Shown: positions 7,346 through 15,671, numbered from the stretch's first letter. The stretch is 23,308 nt of DNA from Planctomycetota bacterium (GCA_044225365.1 JBGAIQ010000076.1:1-23308); one strand, 5' to 3'. The notes: generated by a model from the letters alone, not told the origin. Numbers and translations: made by a program.

Positions 7346-9669
7346 GCGACGAGCTGCCCGACTCGGCCCTCCGGCGATTGCTCGGCGACGCCGAATCGCT
7401 GCTCCTTCCATCGGAGTCATCGCCCGCTGCGAGGGAGTTGCCTCCGCGCTACCGCGTCGTGCGCGAGGTCGGTCGTGGCGGGATGGGAATCGTGTTCGAG
7501 GCCGTGGACGAAGAGCTGCATCGCACTGTCGCAATCAAGCGCCTCGATCCGCTGTTCGCGACGGTCGAGCTCCGCGCGCGTCTCGCCCGCGAAGCGCACC
7601 TCCTCGCGCGACTCTCGCATCAAGCGATCGCGACACTGTACGAAGCGGGCGAAGGCTACCTCGTGATGCGGTTCGTGCGCGGCGAGCCCCTGTCGACCGT
7701 GGTGCGTCGCGAGTCGCTGTCGATCCGCGAAGTCGTCGCCTGGATCGAGGGCGCTGCTCTTGCCATCCACTCGGCGCATCAGCTCGGCATCGTGCACCGC
7801 GACGTGAAACCGGGGAACATCCTCATCGAGGACGAACGTCCGATCGTGACCGACTTCGGCCTCGCGAAGGACGGATCGGATCTGCGCGACCTATCCGTCT
7901 CGGGACAGATCCTCGGCACTCCCGGATTCATGGCGCCGGAGCAAATCGAGGGAAAGGTCGTCGACGCGCGCACCGACGTCTACGGCCTCGGGGCCACGCT
8001 CTACTTCGCGCTGACGGGAAGGCCGCCGTTCCGAACGGACGCGGGCGACGACGTCGTGGGCCTGTTGAAAGCCGTCGTCGAGCGCGAGCCGCCTTCGCCG
8101 CGCACGATTCGAAACAGCGTGCCCGAGGATCTCGAGCGCGTGGTGATGCGCAGCCTCGAGAAGGAGCCTTCGCGCCGCTACGAGAGCGCGGCCGATCTCG
8201 CGGCCGACCTCCGTCGCTGGCTGGACGATCGCCCGGTCCTGGCGCAGCCGCCGTCGCTCGGTTATCGCACGAAGCGATTCGTGCAGCGTCGCAAGGGGAT
8301 CGTCGCCGTGAGTGCGATCGCGATCTTCGTCGCGCTTAGTCTTCTGCTCACGGTGCTCGACCAGCGCGCGCGACGAGAGGCCGCGTCCGACGCGCTCGCG
8401 CTCTCGCAAGCGGTCGATGCCGTCTTCGCCGACGCCTCCCTCGCGCGGCGTCGCGGCGAGATGGAGGAGATGCGCGAACGGCTGCACCAGGGCCTTGCCG
8501 CGTGCGATGCGTTCCTGCGTGTTCGCGACGTGGCGGATGTCCACGCGATGCGAGGGCGTCTGCTCCTCGCGCTCGGCGATGCGGTGGAGGCTCGCGCGGC
8601 GCTCGATCGTGCGATCGAGAAGCGGCCCGATCTCGCGTCGGCTCGCCTTGCTCGCGGCGTGCTCGTGGTCTCGACGCTCGCGCGCTCGGGCGCACCAGAA
8701 CCGCGCGACCTCGCCCTGGCGAAAGCCGATCTCGAGATCGCTTGCGAGGCCACCGCACTGCAGCGAACGGAGCACCTCATGGCGCGCGCCGCACTCCTGC
8801 GAGTCCGCGGCGATCTCTCCGGCGCGAAGGCCGCTCTTTCCGAATTGATCGAACTCGATCCCACTCACGTCGACGCCTTCACCGCTCTCTCCGAGATCGA
8901 GCTACAGAACGGCGAATCGGACGTGGCTCTCGAGCTCGCGATGACCGCGCTCGACCTGCATCGCGGCCTTGGACCTGCCTACGAAGCCAAGGCGGCGAAG
9001 GACGACGACTCGCTCGCGCGAGTGTCGAAGCGTCATGCGTTCGAAGCCGCGAAGGAGCGCGTCGAAGGCGGTGACGACTCGACGGGGGCGCTCCTCGAAC
9101 TCGCCGTCGCGCGCCGCGCGCTCGACGATCTCGACGGCGCGCTCTCCGATTTCTCGCGCGCGCTCGCGGCCGATCCGAGCAACGCGAACGCGACGGGCCA
9201 GCGCGGATTCACGGAAGTGCGTCGCGCGCTCGAACTGATGGCGCGAGGCGATGCGAAGGGAGCGGAGGACACGCTGCTCGCCGCGATCTCCGACTTCACT
9301 TCCGCGGTCACGCTCGAACCCACGCTCATCGGCGCGATCAACGACCGCGGCGTCGCGCGGCTGCAGTGCGCCGCGATCGTGGCGGCGAATGGCCGAATCG
9401 CCGAGTCCTCCGCGATGCGCAAGGACGCGGTCGCCGACTTCGAAGCGGCGATCCGCCTCGATCCGGGTTTCCATCTCGCGCGGCGGAATCGCGCGATCGC
9501 GAAACGGACCCTCGCGGAGACGATGCGGGCGGACGAAGAAGGATCGAGAACGGAACTGTTGCGCGCCGCGCTGTCCGATCTTCGACTCTTCGAGAGCGTG
9601 AAGCCCGCCGATGCGATCGCGCTGAAGGAGAAAGAGCGCATCGAGGCTCTGCTCTCGAAAGCACATTGA
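7342..9669 (+). CDS. Hanks-type Ser/Thr protein kinase with one TM helix and C-terminal TPR repeats
   Basis: GTG at 7342 overlaps the sigma TGA. Motifs GRGGMG, VAIK, HRDVKPGN, DFGLAK, GTPGFMAPEQ and DVYG. TM segment GIVAVSAIAIFVALSLLLTVL at about 8295-8358. TPR-like repeats (ALSDFSRALAADP, AVADFEAAIRLDP). The ORF-track start at 4633 is spurious. Confidence 0.93.
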   Translation: MSDELPDSALRRLLGDAESLLLPSESSPAARELPPRYRVVREVGRGGMGIVFEAVDEELHRTVAIKRLDPLFATVELRARLAREAHLLARLSHQAIATLYEAGEGYLVMRFVRGEPLSTVVRRESLSIREVVAWIEGAALAIHSAHQLGIVHRDVKPGNILIEDERPIVTDFGLAKDGSDLRDLSVSGQILGTPGFMAPEQIEGKVVDARTDVYGLGATLYFALTGRPPFRTDAGDDVVGLLKAVVEREPPSPRTIRNSVPEDLERVVMRSLEKEPSRRYESAADLAADLRRWLDDRPVLAQPPSLGYRTKRFVQRRKGIVAVSAIAIFVALSLLLTVLDQRARREAASDALALSQAVDAVFADASLARRRGEMEEMRERLHQGLAACDAFLRVRDVADVHAMRGRLLLALGDAVEARAALDRAIEKRPDLASARLARGVLVVSTLARSGAPEPRDLALAKADLEIACEATALQRTEHLMARAALLRVRGDLSGAKAALSELIELDPTHVDAFTALSEIELQNGESDVALELAMTALDLHRGLGPAYEAKAAKDDDSLARVSKRHAFEAAKERVEGGDDSTGALLELAVARRALDDLDGALSDFSRALAADPSNANATGQRGFTEVRRALELMARGDAKGAEDTLLAAISDFTSAVTLEPTLIGAINDRGVARLQCAAIVAANGRIAESSAMRKDAVADFEAAIRLDPGFHLARRNRAIAKRTLAETMRADEEGSRTELLRAALSDLRLFESVKPADAIALKEKERIEALLSKAH

Positions 9670-9743
9670 CGGCGAATCGCTCGCGAGTTTCGCGTATCAA
9701 AGCCGAAAGTCCTCCCACGACCCGTCCCCTTCGGAGTCACCGC

Positions 9744-10679
9744 ATGTTCGCCCGCATCCTCGCCACCGCCTTGCTCGCGCTCGGATCCGTCGCCGCGACC
9801 CCGTCTCCCGCATCCACGAGAGCGCTCGACGCTCCCGAGGATCACGGGGCGTGGAACCCCGATCTCATCGCAGCGCAGAAGCTCGCTCGCGAGCAGAAGA
9901 AGGACCTCCTCATCGAGTTCACGGGATCGGACTGGTGCGCGCCGTGCATGCGGTTGTGGAAGGAGACGCTCTCGCAGGAGAAGTTCCAGACCGAAGCGGG
10001 CAAGAGCTACGTGCTCGTCGTGATGGATCATCCGCGCGATGCCAGCAAGATGACTCCCGAGCTCAAGAAGCAGAGCGACGAGCAGCACGAACGGTACGCC
10101 GTGAATCGCTGGCCCACGTTCTTCCTCGCCGACGCCGAGGGGCGGCCCTACGCGCGTCTCGACGACTATTCGACGAATGGCACCGAAGCGTGGCTCGCCG
10201 TCTTCGCCAAGCTGCAGGAGAACAAGGCGAAGCGCGACGCCGCGTTCGAGCAGGCGGAGAAGCTCGAGGGTCCGGCGAAGGCGAAGAAGATCGACGAGGC
10301 GCTCTCCGTCTGCGGCGAATTCTGTCCGACCGCGCTCTATGGCAAGGAGATCGATGCCATCGCGGCCGCAGACAAGGACGACACGACGGGACTCGTCCAT
10401 CGGTGGGTCGGCAAGCGCGCCGCGGACCAGCTCGAGATCGATCTCCCGAAGCTCGGGCAGGCGGGCAAGTGGGAAGAGCTCGTCGCGCGCATCGACAAGT
10501 TCCTGGCCGAGGGCAAGCCGGACGCGGCCGTGAAGCAGAAGGCGCTGTACTGGCAGGGCGTGGGCTTCGGTCGCCTCGGCAAGAAGGACGAAGCGAAGAA
10601 GGCGCTCGAATCAGCGGTCGCCCTTGGAGCCGACACGGAATACGGCAAGCGCGCGAAGCAGGCCCTCGGAAAACCCTGA
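9744..10679 (+). CDS. Exported thioredoxin-family (DsbH/Thioredoxin_7-like) protein with a C-terminal helical/TPR region
   Basis: GGAG RBS, signal peptide MFARILATALLALGSVAA, active site FTGSDWCAPC (WCAPC at 9933-9947), cis-Pro loop RWPT, and TPR-like YWQGVGFGRLGKKDEAKKALE. Confidence 0.88.
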   Translation: MFARILATALLALGSVAATPSPASTRALDAPEDHGAWNPDLIAAQKLAREQKKDLLIEFTGSDWCAPCMRLWKETLSQEKFQTEAGKSYVLVVMDHPRDASKMTPELKKQSDEQHERYAVNRWPTFFLADAEGRPYARLDDYSTNGTEAWLAVFAKLQENKAKRDAAFEQAEKLEGPAKAKKIDEALSVCGEFCPTALYGKEIDAIAAADKDDTTGLVHRWVGKRAADQLEIDLPKLGQAGKWEELVARIDKFLAEGKPDAAVKQKALYWQGVGFGRLGKKDEAKKALESAVALGADTEYGKRAKQALGKP

Positions 10680-10729
10680 GCGATCCGCGAGACGATCCGG
10701 CATCGTTCAAAAAAATGACGCGTAGATAG

Positions 10730-10757
10730 TTGACGCGTCAAGTAAGTCAGCTATCCT
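10730..10757 (+). promoter_or_regulatory. Sigma70-type promoter overlapped by a palindromic putative MarR operator
   Basis: TTGACG (10730-35)-N16-TATCCT (10752-57). The perfect palindrome TTGACGCGTCAA (10730-41) covers the -35 box. A degenerate copy, ATGACGCGTAGA, lies at 10715-26. Confidence 0.7.
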
Positions 10758-10764
10758 GAGTGCC

Positions 10765-11262
10765 ATGTCGCCCGTCAAGCATGCGAAGAGCGTTCAGGAA
10801 GCGATTCGGCAGACCAAGCCGTTTCGGAGCAAGCGCGTCGAAGCCACGATCGCGTTGTTCCTCACGGCGGACGTCGTCCGCAATCGGATCAAGGACCTGT
10901 TCGCGGCGCACGGCGACCTGACGCATCAGCAGTACAACGTCCTGCGCATCCTGCGTGGGGCGGGCGAGGGCGGATTGCCGACCCTCGACATCGCCGAGCG
11001 GATGATCGAGCAGACCCCCGGCGTCACGCGGCTCATCGATCGTCTGGTCGAGAAGCAGCTCGTCGCGCGCGTGCGGCCCGAAGGCGACCGCCGTCAGGTG
11101 CTCTGCGTGATCACGCGGCGCGGGCTCGATCTCCTCGCCAAGCTCGACGGGCCCGTCGACTCCACGGACCAGGCGATCATGAAGGACCTATCCGATCGCG
11201 AAGTCGACGCGTTGCTCACGATCCTCGACAAGATCCGCACTTCCAACTCCCACTCTTCCTGA
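10765..11262 (+). CDS. MarR family transcriptional regulator
   Basis: LTHQQYNVLRIL, PGVTRLIDRLVEKQLV and wing motif DRRQVLCVITRRG. Confidence 0.93.
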   Translation: MSPVKHAKSVQEAIRQTKPFRSKRVEATIALFLTADVVRNRIKDLFAAHGDLTHQQYNVLRILRGAGEGGLPTLDIAERMIEQTPGVTRLIDRLVEKQLVARVRPEGDRRQVLCVITRRGLDLLAKLDGPVDSTDQAIMKDLSDREVDALLTILDKIRTSNSHSS

Positions 11263-11304
11263 ACACGCTTCCCCAATCCTCCCCCCAATTCTCTAGGTGA
11301 TCCC

Positions 11305-11820
11305 ATGAACACGACCACGATCCGCTCCAACACGACCGAAAACTTGACGCGTCAAGCAAATCCTTCCCGATCCCGCGCCCTCGCGCTGCTGCTCGGCACC
11401 GACGATCACGTCGCCGGGCCCATCCTGCGGCTCACCCTCGGCGCGGTCATGTTTCCGCACGGCGCGCAGAAGGTCCTCGGTTGGTTCGGCGGAAGTGGGC
11501 TCACGGGCACGTACAATGCGATGACCTCGATGGGCCTTCCCGGCGCCATCGTCATCCTCGTGATGTTCGTCGAGTTCGTCGGCTCGCTCGCGTTGCTCAC
11601 CGGCACGCTGACGCGCGCGGCGGCTCTCGGCTTCATCGCGGTGATGGCAGGCGCGATCGCGACCGTTCACGCGCAGAACGGGTTCTTCATGAACTGGTTT
11701 GGCCAGCAGAAGGGCGAGGGTTTCGAATACCACCTGCTCGTGATCGGAATCGCGGCCGTGTTGATCGTCCGCGGCGCAGGCCGCTTCTCGATCGACCGCA
11801 TGCTGACACGAAACGCTTGA
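11305..11820 (+). CDS. DoxX family membrane protein
   Basis: AGGTGA RBS. Motifs LRLTLGAVMFPHGAQK.LGWFGG.G, EFVGSLAL, GFFMNWFGQQKGEGFEYHLL and GAGRFSID. Confidence 0.93.
   Translation: MNTTTIRSNTTENLTRQANPSRSRALALLLGTDDHVAGPILRLTLGAVMFPHGAQKVLGWFGGSGLTGTYNAMTSMGLPGAIVILVMFVEFVGSLALLTGTLTRAAALGFIAVMAGAIATVHAQNGFFMNWFGQQKGEGFEYHLLVIGIAAVLIVRGAGRFSIDRMLTRNA
11343..11356. promoter_or_regulatory. Second putative MarR operator, inside the 5' end of doxX
   Basis: Perfect 14-bp palindrome CTTGACGCGTCAAG with the same 12-bp core as the site at 10730. Confidence 0.65.
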
Positions 11821-11866
11821 GACGAATCCGCATCGAAGCACACCGATTGGACCAAGGAGTCCCGCC

Positions 11867-12274
11867 ATGAGCACCATGATCCCCACGACCCCCGCGGCGC
11901 AGTCCGCGCACACATCGCACTACATCCTCACCCGCGCGCAGTCACTGCAGAAGTTCATCATGGATGGCCGGATCCTCGACGCGATGAACGAGTTCTACGC
12001 CGACAACGTCTCGATGCGCGAGAACACGAAGCCCGCGACCGCGGGGCTCGAGGCGAACATCGAGCGCGAGAAGGCGTTCCTCGCGACGGTGAAGTCGTGG
12101 AAGGGTTACAACGTGAAGTCGATCGCCGTCGGCGATGGCGTCACGGTGATCGAGAGCGTGATGGAATTCGTCGATACCCGCAACGTCGCTCACCGCGTCG
12201 AGCAGGTCTCCGTTCAGCGCTGGGACGGCGGCAAGATCGTCGAGGAGCGGTTCTACTACGATTCGGCGGCGTGA
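11867..12274 (+). CDS. SnoaL-like / NTF2-fold protein
   Basis: AAGGAG RBS. Motifs AMNEFYADNVSMREN, GLEANIERE and EQVSVQRWDGGKIVEERFYYD. Confidence 0.9.
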   Translation: MSTMIPTTPAAQSAHTSHYILTRAQSLQKFIMDGRILDAMNEFYADNVSMRENTKPATAGLEANIEREKAFLATVKSWKGYNVKSIAVGDGVTVIESVMEFVDTRNVAHRVEQVSVQRWDGGKIVEERFYYDSAA

Positions 12275-12800
12275 CGAACGTTCGGCAGCGCGGTCGCCTG
12301 TGTCCATGCGTGCACAAGACGCGAGCAGGCGCGCTCCACCGCGCTCGGCCGGAGCAGGACGACCCGTCAGCTGCGTCGGTACGAATGCAACGCGACCTCG
12401 CCACGAAAGGACGCGGAGGGCTTGGTCAATTGGACGAATCTCGGAATCTGGTGCCTCCCGCCGAGTCGCGATGGGCGATGACAAAGGCAATCAGGAGCCA
12501 ACATGCGGGGCACCGGGTAAACGCGGACCTTCGCAGTTTCTGCTTCGATCGCGGCTGTGTGCGCCGCCCGTCTTTGGGTTTCATGCGTCGGAGCGCATAA
12601 TTCGCCATCCCTCGACACCTGCGCAGTCTCGGAAGAGCGATCGGTTCGTCGGAACCCGTCGCGCCAGCGTCCGGGCCACCGCTCGCGGTCGCCGGCATTG
12701 CAACGCAGCTGCGCGGGCGCTCGTCACGGGGCGTCGGCGCAGGAAGCTCGACTTCATCAACGCGCGGGAGGCTGACGCGTGCCATCGCGTGCGGTAGGAT

Positions 12801-12960
12801 GCGCAGCTGCGCGCGGCGCATGTGCGGGCACGACTCTGTGGGTGAGAGTGCGACGCTGCGGCAAGTGCGGCGCGTAGCGCGAGACCATCCGGAAGACGAT
12901 GGAGGACCACGGCTTGATCACGCGGACGGTGAGCGGGGCGCGCGATTGCGCCTATCGCGA
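12801..12960 (+). pseudogene. Possible decayed winged-HTH repressor (BlaI/CopY- or HxlR-like)
   Basis: Fragments in different frames, in the expected order: AQLR, LW, ATLRQVR, then ETIRKTMEDHGLITRTVSGAR..YR. An in-frame TAG lies at 12875. Confidence 0.3.
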
Positions 12961-13316
12961 ATCCAGCGATACGAGCGAGCCGGCAGGCAAGTGCCCGTCC
13001 CCGCGAACGTTTCGCCGTCACCGCACTGGAGCGCGAAGAGGATGGGTTCGTCGCGCCCACCACGCTCGGGCCCTCGCAAAGCTACGTGCGCCCCATGGCC
13101 CCGCGCGTGGCTTCAAGGAACACGATCATTACCTCGGAGTGGACGCCCGGACGCCGGTGTTCGCGCCGGCGGTCCTGGATGCTCAAAGTTTCTTAGTTCT
13201 CGACCGAGGCGGAGTGCCGAAGTCTAGACGTGATACCGGAGTCTATTTCGTGCACCCTACACATGAGCGAACTTCCCATGACTCCACGAGCTCCGAATAA
13301 GCTGAGTCCATTCCCG

Positions 13317-14195
13317 ATGATGCGAATTATTGCATCGCTTGCTGTCGAGATCATTTTTGGGTCGGGATGTGGTGGTCAGAGTGTCCCGCCGCGGGTGCCA
13401 AGAGCAGAGCGCGACAATTTCAAGGTACTCGAAACAAGTCAAGATACTGAAGTAATACTGCGCGGAAAGACCTCGGATATCGCGCTGATGGATAGGGGTC
13501 AATCCATACTTGCGGGCCCGGTCGAAATATTCGGAGAGCCGCTTCAGTGCGTGATGTCTCCCTCTGGAATGAGCGCAATCGTCGTAACGGCCGCTCCAGA
13601 AGATGATGCGGGACGGAGCGAGTATGGGATATTCACATTGAACAAGAAACGGGGTGGCAGGCTAGTTGACACTGTTTTCAGGCGGCGAGACTACACTCAT
13701 ATCCCACCAGACCCAGACCTTGATGCGGTAATCTCTCAAGGTGACACAGGTGTATTTGTGATAATATGGGGGATCATGAATCCGTTGGAGAAGTACATTG
13801 GAATCGAAATCGCAGCGGTCGACAGTAATGGCACCTCGAACGACAAGCGAGTGCGGGTAGATGGAGATGCTCTGGGGCTAAAGACGCTTATTGGCAATAG
13901 TGATAGGTGGTACCTGGCGTTTCTACGGGCTGCGGCAAGTGACAGTAAGTTGTTGATTGTCTGTTCCTTGTCCGTGCTTAGCGGAGATTTTGATCGCGAC
14001 GAGCTTGTGATAGCTCTAACAATGAGCACTGATCTGGTCGTAGTGAGTCGGTCACTTGTGGTCAGCGACGAAGCCAATACGCGTTCGTTCGTTCGCGACC
14101 TAGTAAAAAAGGCCGAGATACGATATTGCACACCCGAAAACGCATTCTGCTTTGAGAAGCCGTTGCTACTTCGACCGCTGGATGCTGGGAAATAG
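13317..14195 (+). CDS. Hypothetical protein, possible lipoprotein (start uncertain: 13230, 13263, 13278 or 13317)
   Basis: Long open frame in low-GC DNA. MMRIIASLAVEIIFGSG|C resembles a non-canonical lipobox. The body is rich in predicted beta-strands. No family recognised. Confidence 0.65.
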   Translation: MMRIIASLAVEIIFGSGCGGQSVPPRVPRAERDNFKVLETSQDTEVILRGKTSDIALMDRGQSILAGPVEIFGEPLQCVMSPSGMSAIVVTAAPEDDAGRSEYGIFTLNKKRGGRLVDTVFRRRDYTHIPPDPDLDAVISQGDTGVFVIIWGIMNPLEKYIGIEIAAVDSNGTSNDKRVRVDGDALGLKTLIGNSDRWYLAFLRAAASDSKLLIVCSLSVLSGDFDRDELVIALTMSTDLVVVSRSLVVSDEANTRSFVRDLVKKAEIRYCTPENAFCFEKPLLLRPLDAGK

Positions 14196-14425
14196 CGTCT
14201 CCTGCTGTACGACACCGTGGAGTCCGAAAAGATAGCCTGTATGGTCCAAGAACTGTGTCAACACCGACTTCGCGATCCGGGAGCGTCGCCGATGGCGGTA
14301 TTCGATCGTCGATCGGTTGCCTCGACGGCAGGAATCCGTGGATTTTGGTGGGCAGAACCACTCAGAACGCAAGCCGAGCTTGCAGCCGGCAGGTGTCAGC
14401 GTTTCAGCGATGACGATTACCCATC

Positions 14426-14851
14426 ATGGAAGACAAAGCGAATCGTAGCTTCTTGCGACCGGTAGCTTGGATTCCGGCAATTGTTACGGTTATTGTAGTT
14501 GTTGTTCGAGAGAATCATCTGGGCGGGCTTCTTGTCGTCGTCATCCTCACCGCAAACATCACAGGGGTGTTGAGTGCCGTAATTGCCAGGCGATTGAGAT
14601 TTACAACAACATCGAACGTAGTGATTGCCGTAATTGGTCTTGGAATAGAAATATCCAGCCTCATTGCTGGTCAATTTCGCTTCGGGGTGTTTTGCGGCGT
14701 CTTCTCCGGAATTCTCGCGGCGACAACAGAATTGGAAACGAGCACACTCGGCGGCGAGATTGCGCGCATCGGATGGCGCGCGCTCGTGATCGTTGCCATA
14801 CTAGCCCTGCAACTGATTTGTATTATTGGTATCGAGAGAATCCTAAACTGA
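14426..14851 (+). CDS. Hypothetical small membrane protein (4-5 TM)
   Basis: 141-aa ORF with low GC, made of consecutive hydrophobic segments. Confidence 0.65.
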   Translation: MEDKANRSFLRPVAWIPAIVTVIVVVVRENHLGGLLVVVILTANITGVLSAVIARRLRFTTTSNVVIAVIGLGIEISSLIAGQFRFGVFCGVFSGILAATTELETSTLGGEIARIGWRALVIVAILALQLICIIGIERILN

Positions 14852-14937
14852 CCATGAATGTGCATCGCGTGATGTCGCCGTGCGGCGCGGAGTCCTGGAC
14901 GACATCGAGTCCGCGATCAGCTCGCACGCTTGTGAGG

Positions 14938-15075
14938 TAGAACAGCGCCGTCACCGAGCACGAGGAACGCGCGCTCCAGAAACCTCTCGAGGACGAGTAC
15001 CTGAAGCATGCGCCCGAGGTCTTGGCCGGCGCGAAGGGCGCGATTGCGCAAACGGACGTTCGGAGGGAGGAGTCC
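14938..15075 (-). pseudogene. abiEii: N-terminal fragment of an AbiEii-like nucleotidyltransferase toxin
   Basis: SSLRTSV, then after a frameshift RLRNRALRAGQDLGRMLQVLVLERFLERAFLVLGDGAVL. This matches the AbiEii N-terminus and breaks off just before the expected KGG motif. It lies directly downstream of the abiEi remnant. Confidence 0.7.
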
Positions 15076-15084
15076 CCGGCGGCG

Positions 15085-15443
15085 GTCCGCATGGGCTTGA
15101 GAGAGGTCCTTCATCGTCCGCTCGGCATGGGAGATCGGAAGGCATCGAGACCAAGTACGGTCGGCCCGCGGCACGTCGAGAACGTGGGGGGCGACGCCCG
15201 GCGGGACCCGGAGGCGGCGCATCGCCTAGGACGACGGAAGCGTGACGTGTGCGACGGCGGGAGTCGCGTGAGTCGGTAGATCCCCCGACGAACCCGTTGG
15301 AGAGTGCGCGCATGGACGTGATGGTGTTTGAGCAGCGACGAGAATCCGGCGGCGTTCGCATCCGAGCGTGTGAAGTAACCCTCCTGCGCCTCCGCGATCC
15401 GGTACAGCTTGTCCCAGTCCGGCTCCGTTCGACGGCGCAGCAT
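15085..15443 (-). pseudogene. abiEi: Type IV TA antitoxin of the AbiEi family, disrupted
   Basis: ATG at 15443 gives PDWDKLYRIAEAQEGYFTRSDANAAGFS...LQRVRRGIYRL (AbiEi N-terminal wHTH). After a frameshift near 15250 it continues HVTLPSS*AMRRLRVPPGV.PH..DVP..DRTW...PISHAERTMKD, with an internal TAG at 15226-28. Confidence 0.8.
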
Positions 15444-15456
15444 GCTCTTTGGAGTC

Positions 15457-15493
15457 CTGCACGAAACTCGAGCGAAGTTGATGGTTCGTGCAG
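15457..15493. promoter_or_regulatory. Inverted repeat upstream of abiEi; putative autoregulatory operator
   Basis: CTGCACGAA-N19-TTCGTGCAG, 13 nt upstream of the abiEi ATG. Confidence 0.45.
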
Positions 15494-15671
15494 CCGCCTC
15501 GCCCACGAACCAGCTTCGCGGGCTCTCCTGACCCACCGATTCCCCTGTGCCCGCCCCCGCCCCGTCGGGCGCGAACCAATTCGCGGATTCGTGAGACGAG
15601 GGCCGACGGCCCATTCTTCGAAACGGCGGCGTGACGCTTCGGCGCGTTTGGAGCGATAGGATCGTCTGCCG

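Larger units (their letters stand above)
13190..14870. other. Low-GC islet, probably horizontally acquired (boundaries approximate)
   Basis: Sampled 60-nt lines have 42-55% GC, against roughly 68-70% in the flanks. ATA, TTA, AGT and ACA codons are frequent. A more host-like stretch lies at about 14270-14400. Confidence 0.8.

Noticed and set aside
11263-11295. Pyrimidine-rich spacer with CCCCAAT repeated twice
   Set aside because: Too short to support a function; likely an unstructured region ahead of the doxX RBS.
13665-14263. GTTGACAC / GTGTCAAC inverted 8-mers resembling IS5-type ends
   Set aside because: The match is only 8 bp, one copy is inside an intact ORF, and there is no transposase or target duplication.
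13190-14900. Integron gene cassettes (attC sites) around the low-GC ORFs
   Set aside because: I found no convincing RYYYAAC...GTTRRRY bounded hairpins after either ORF, and there is no integrase in the window.
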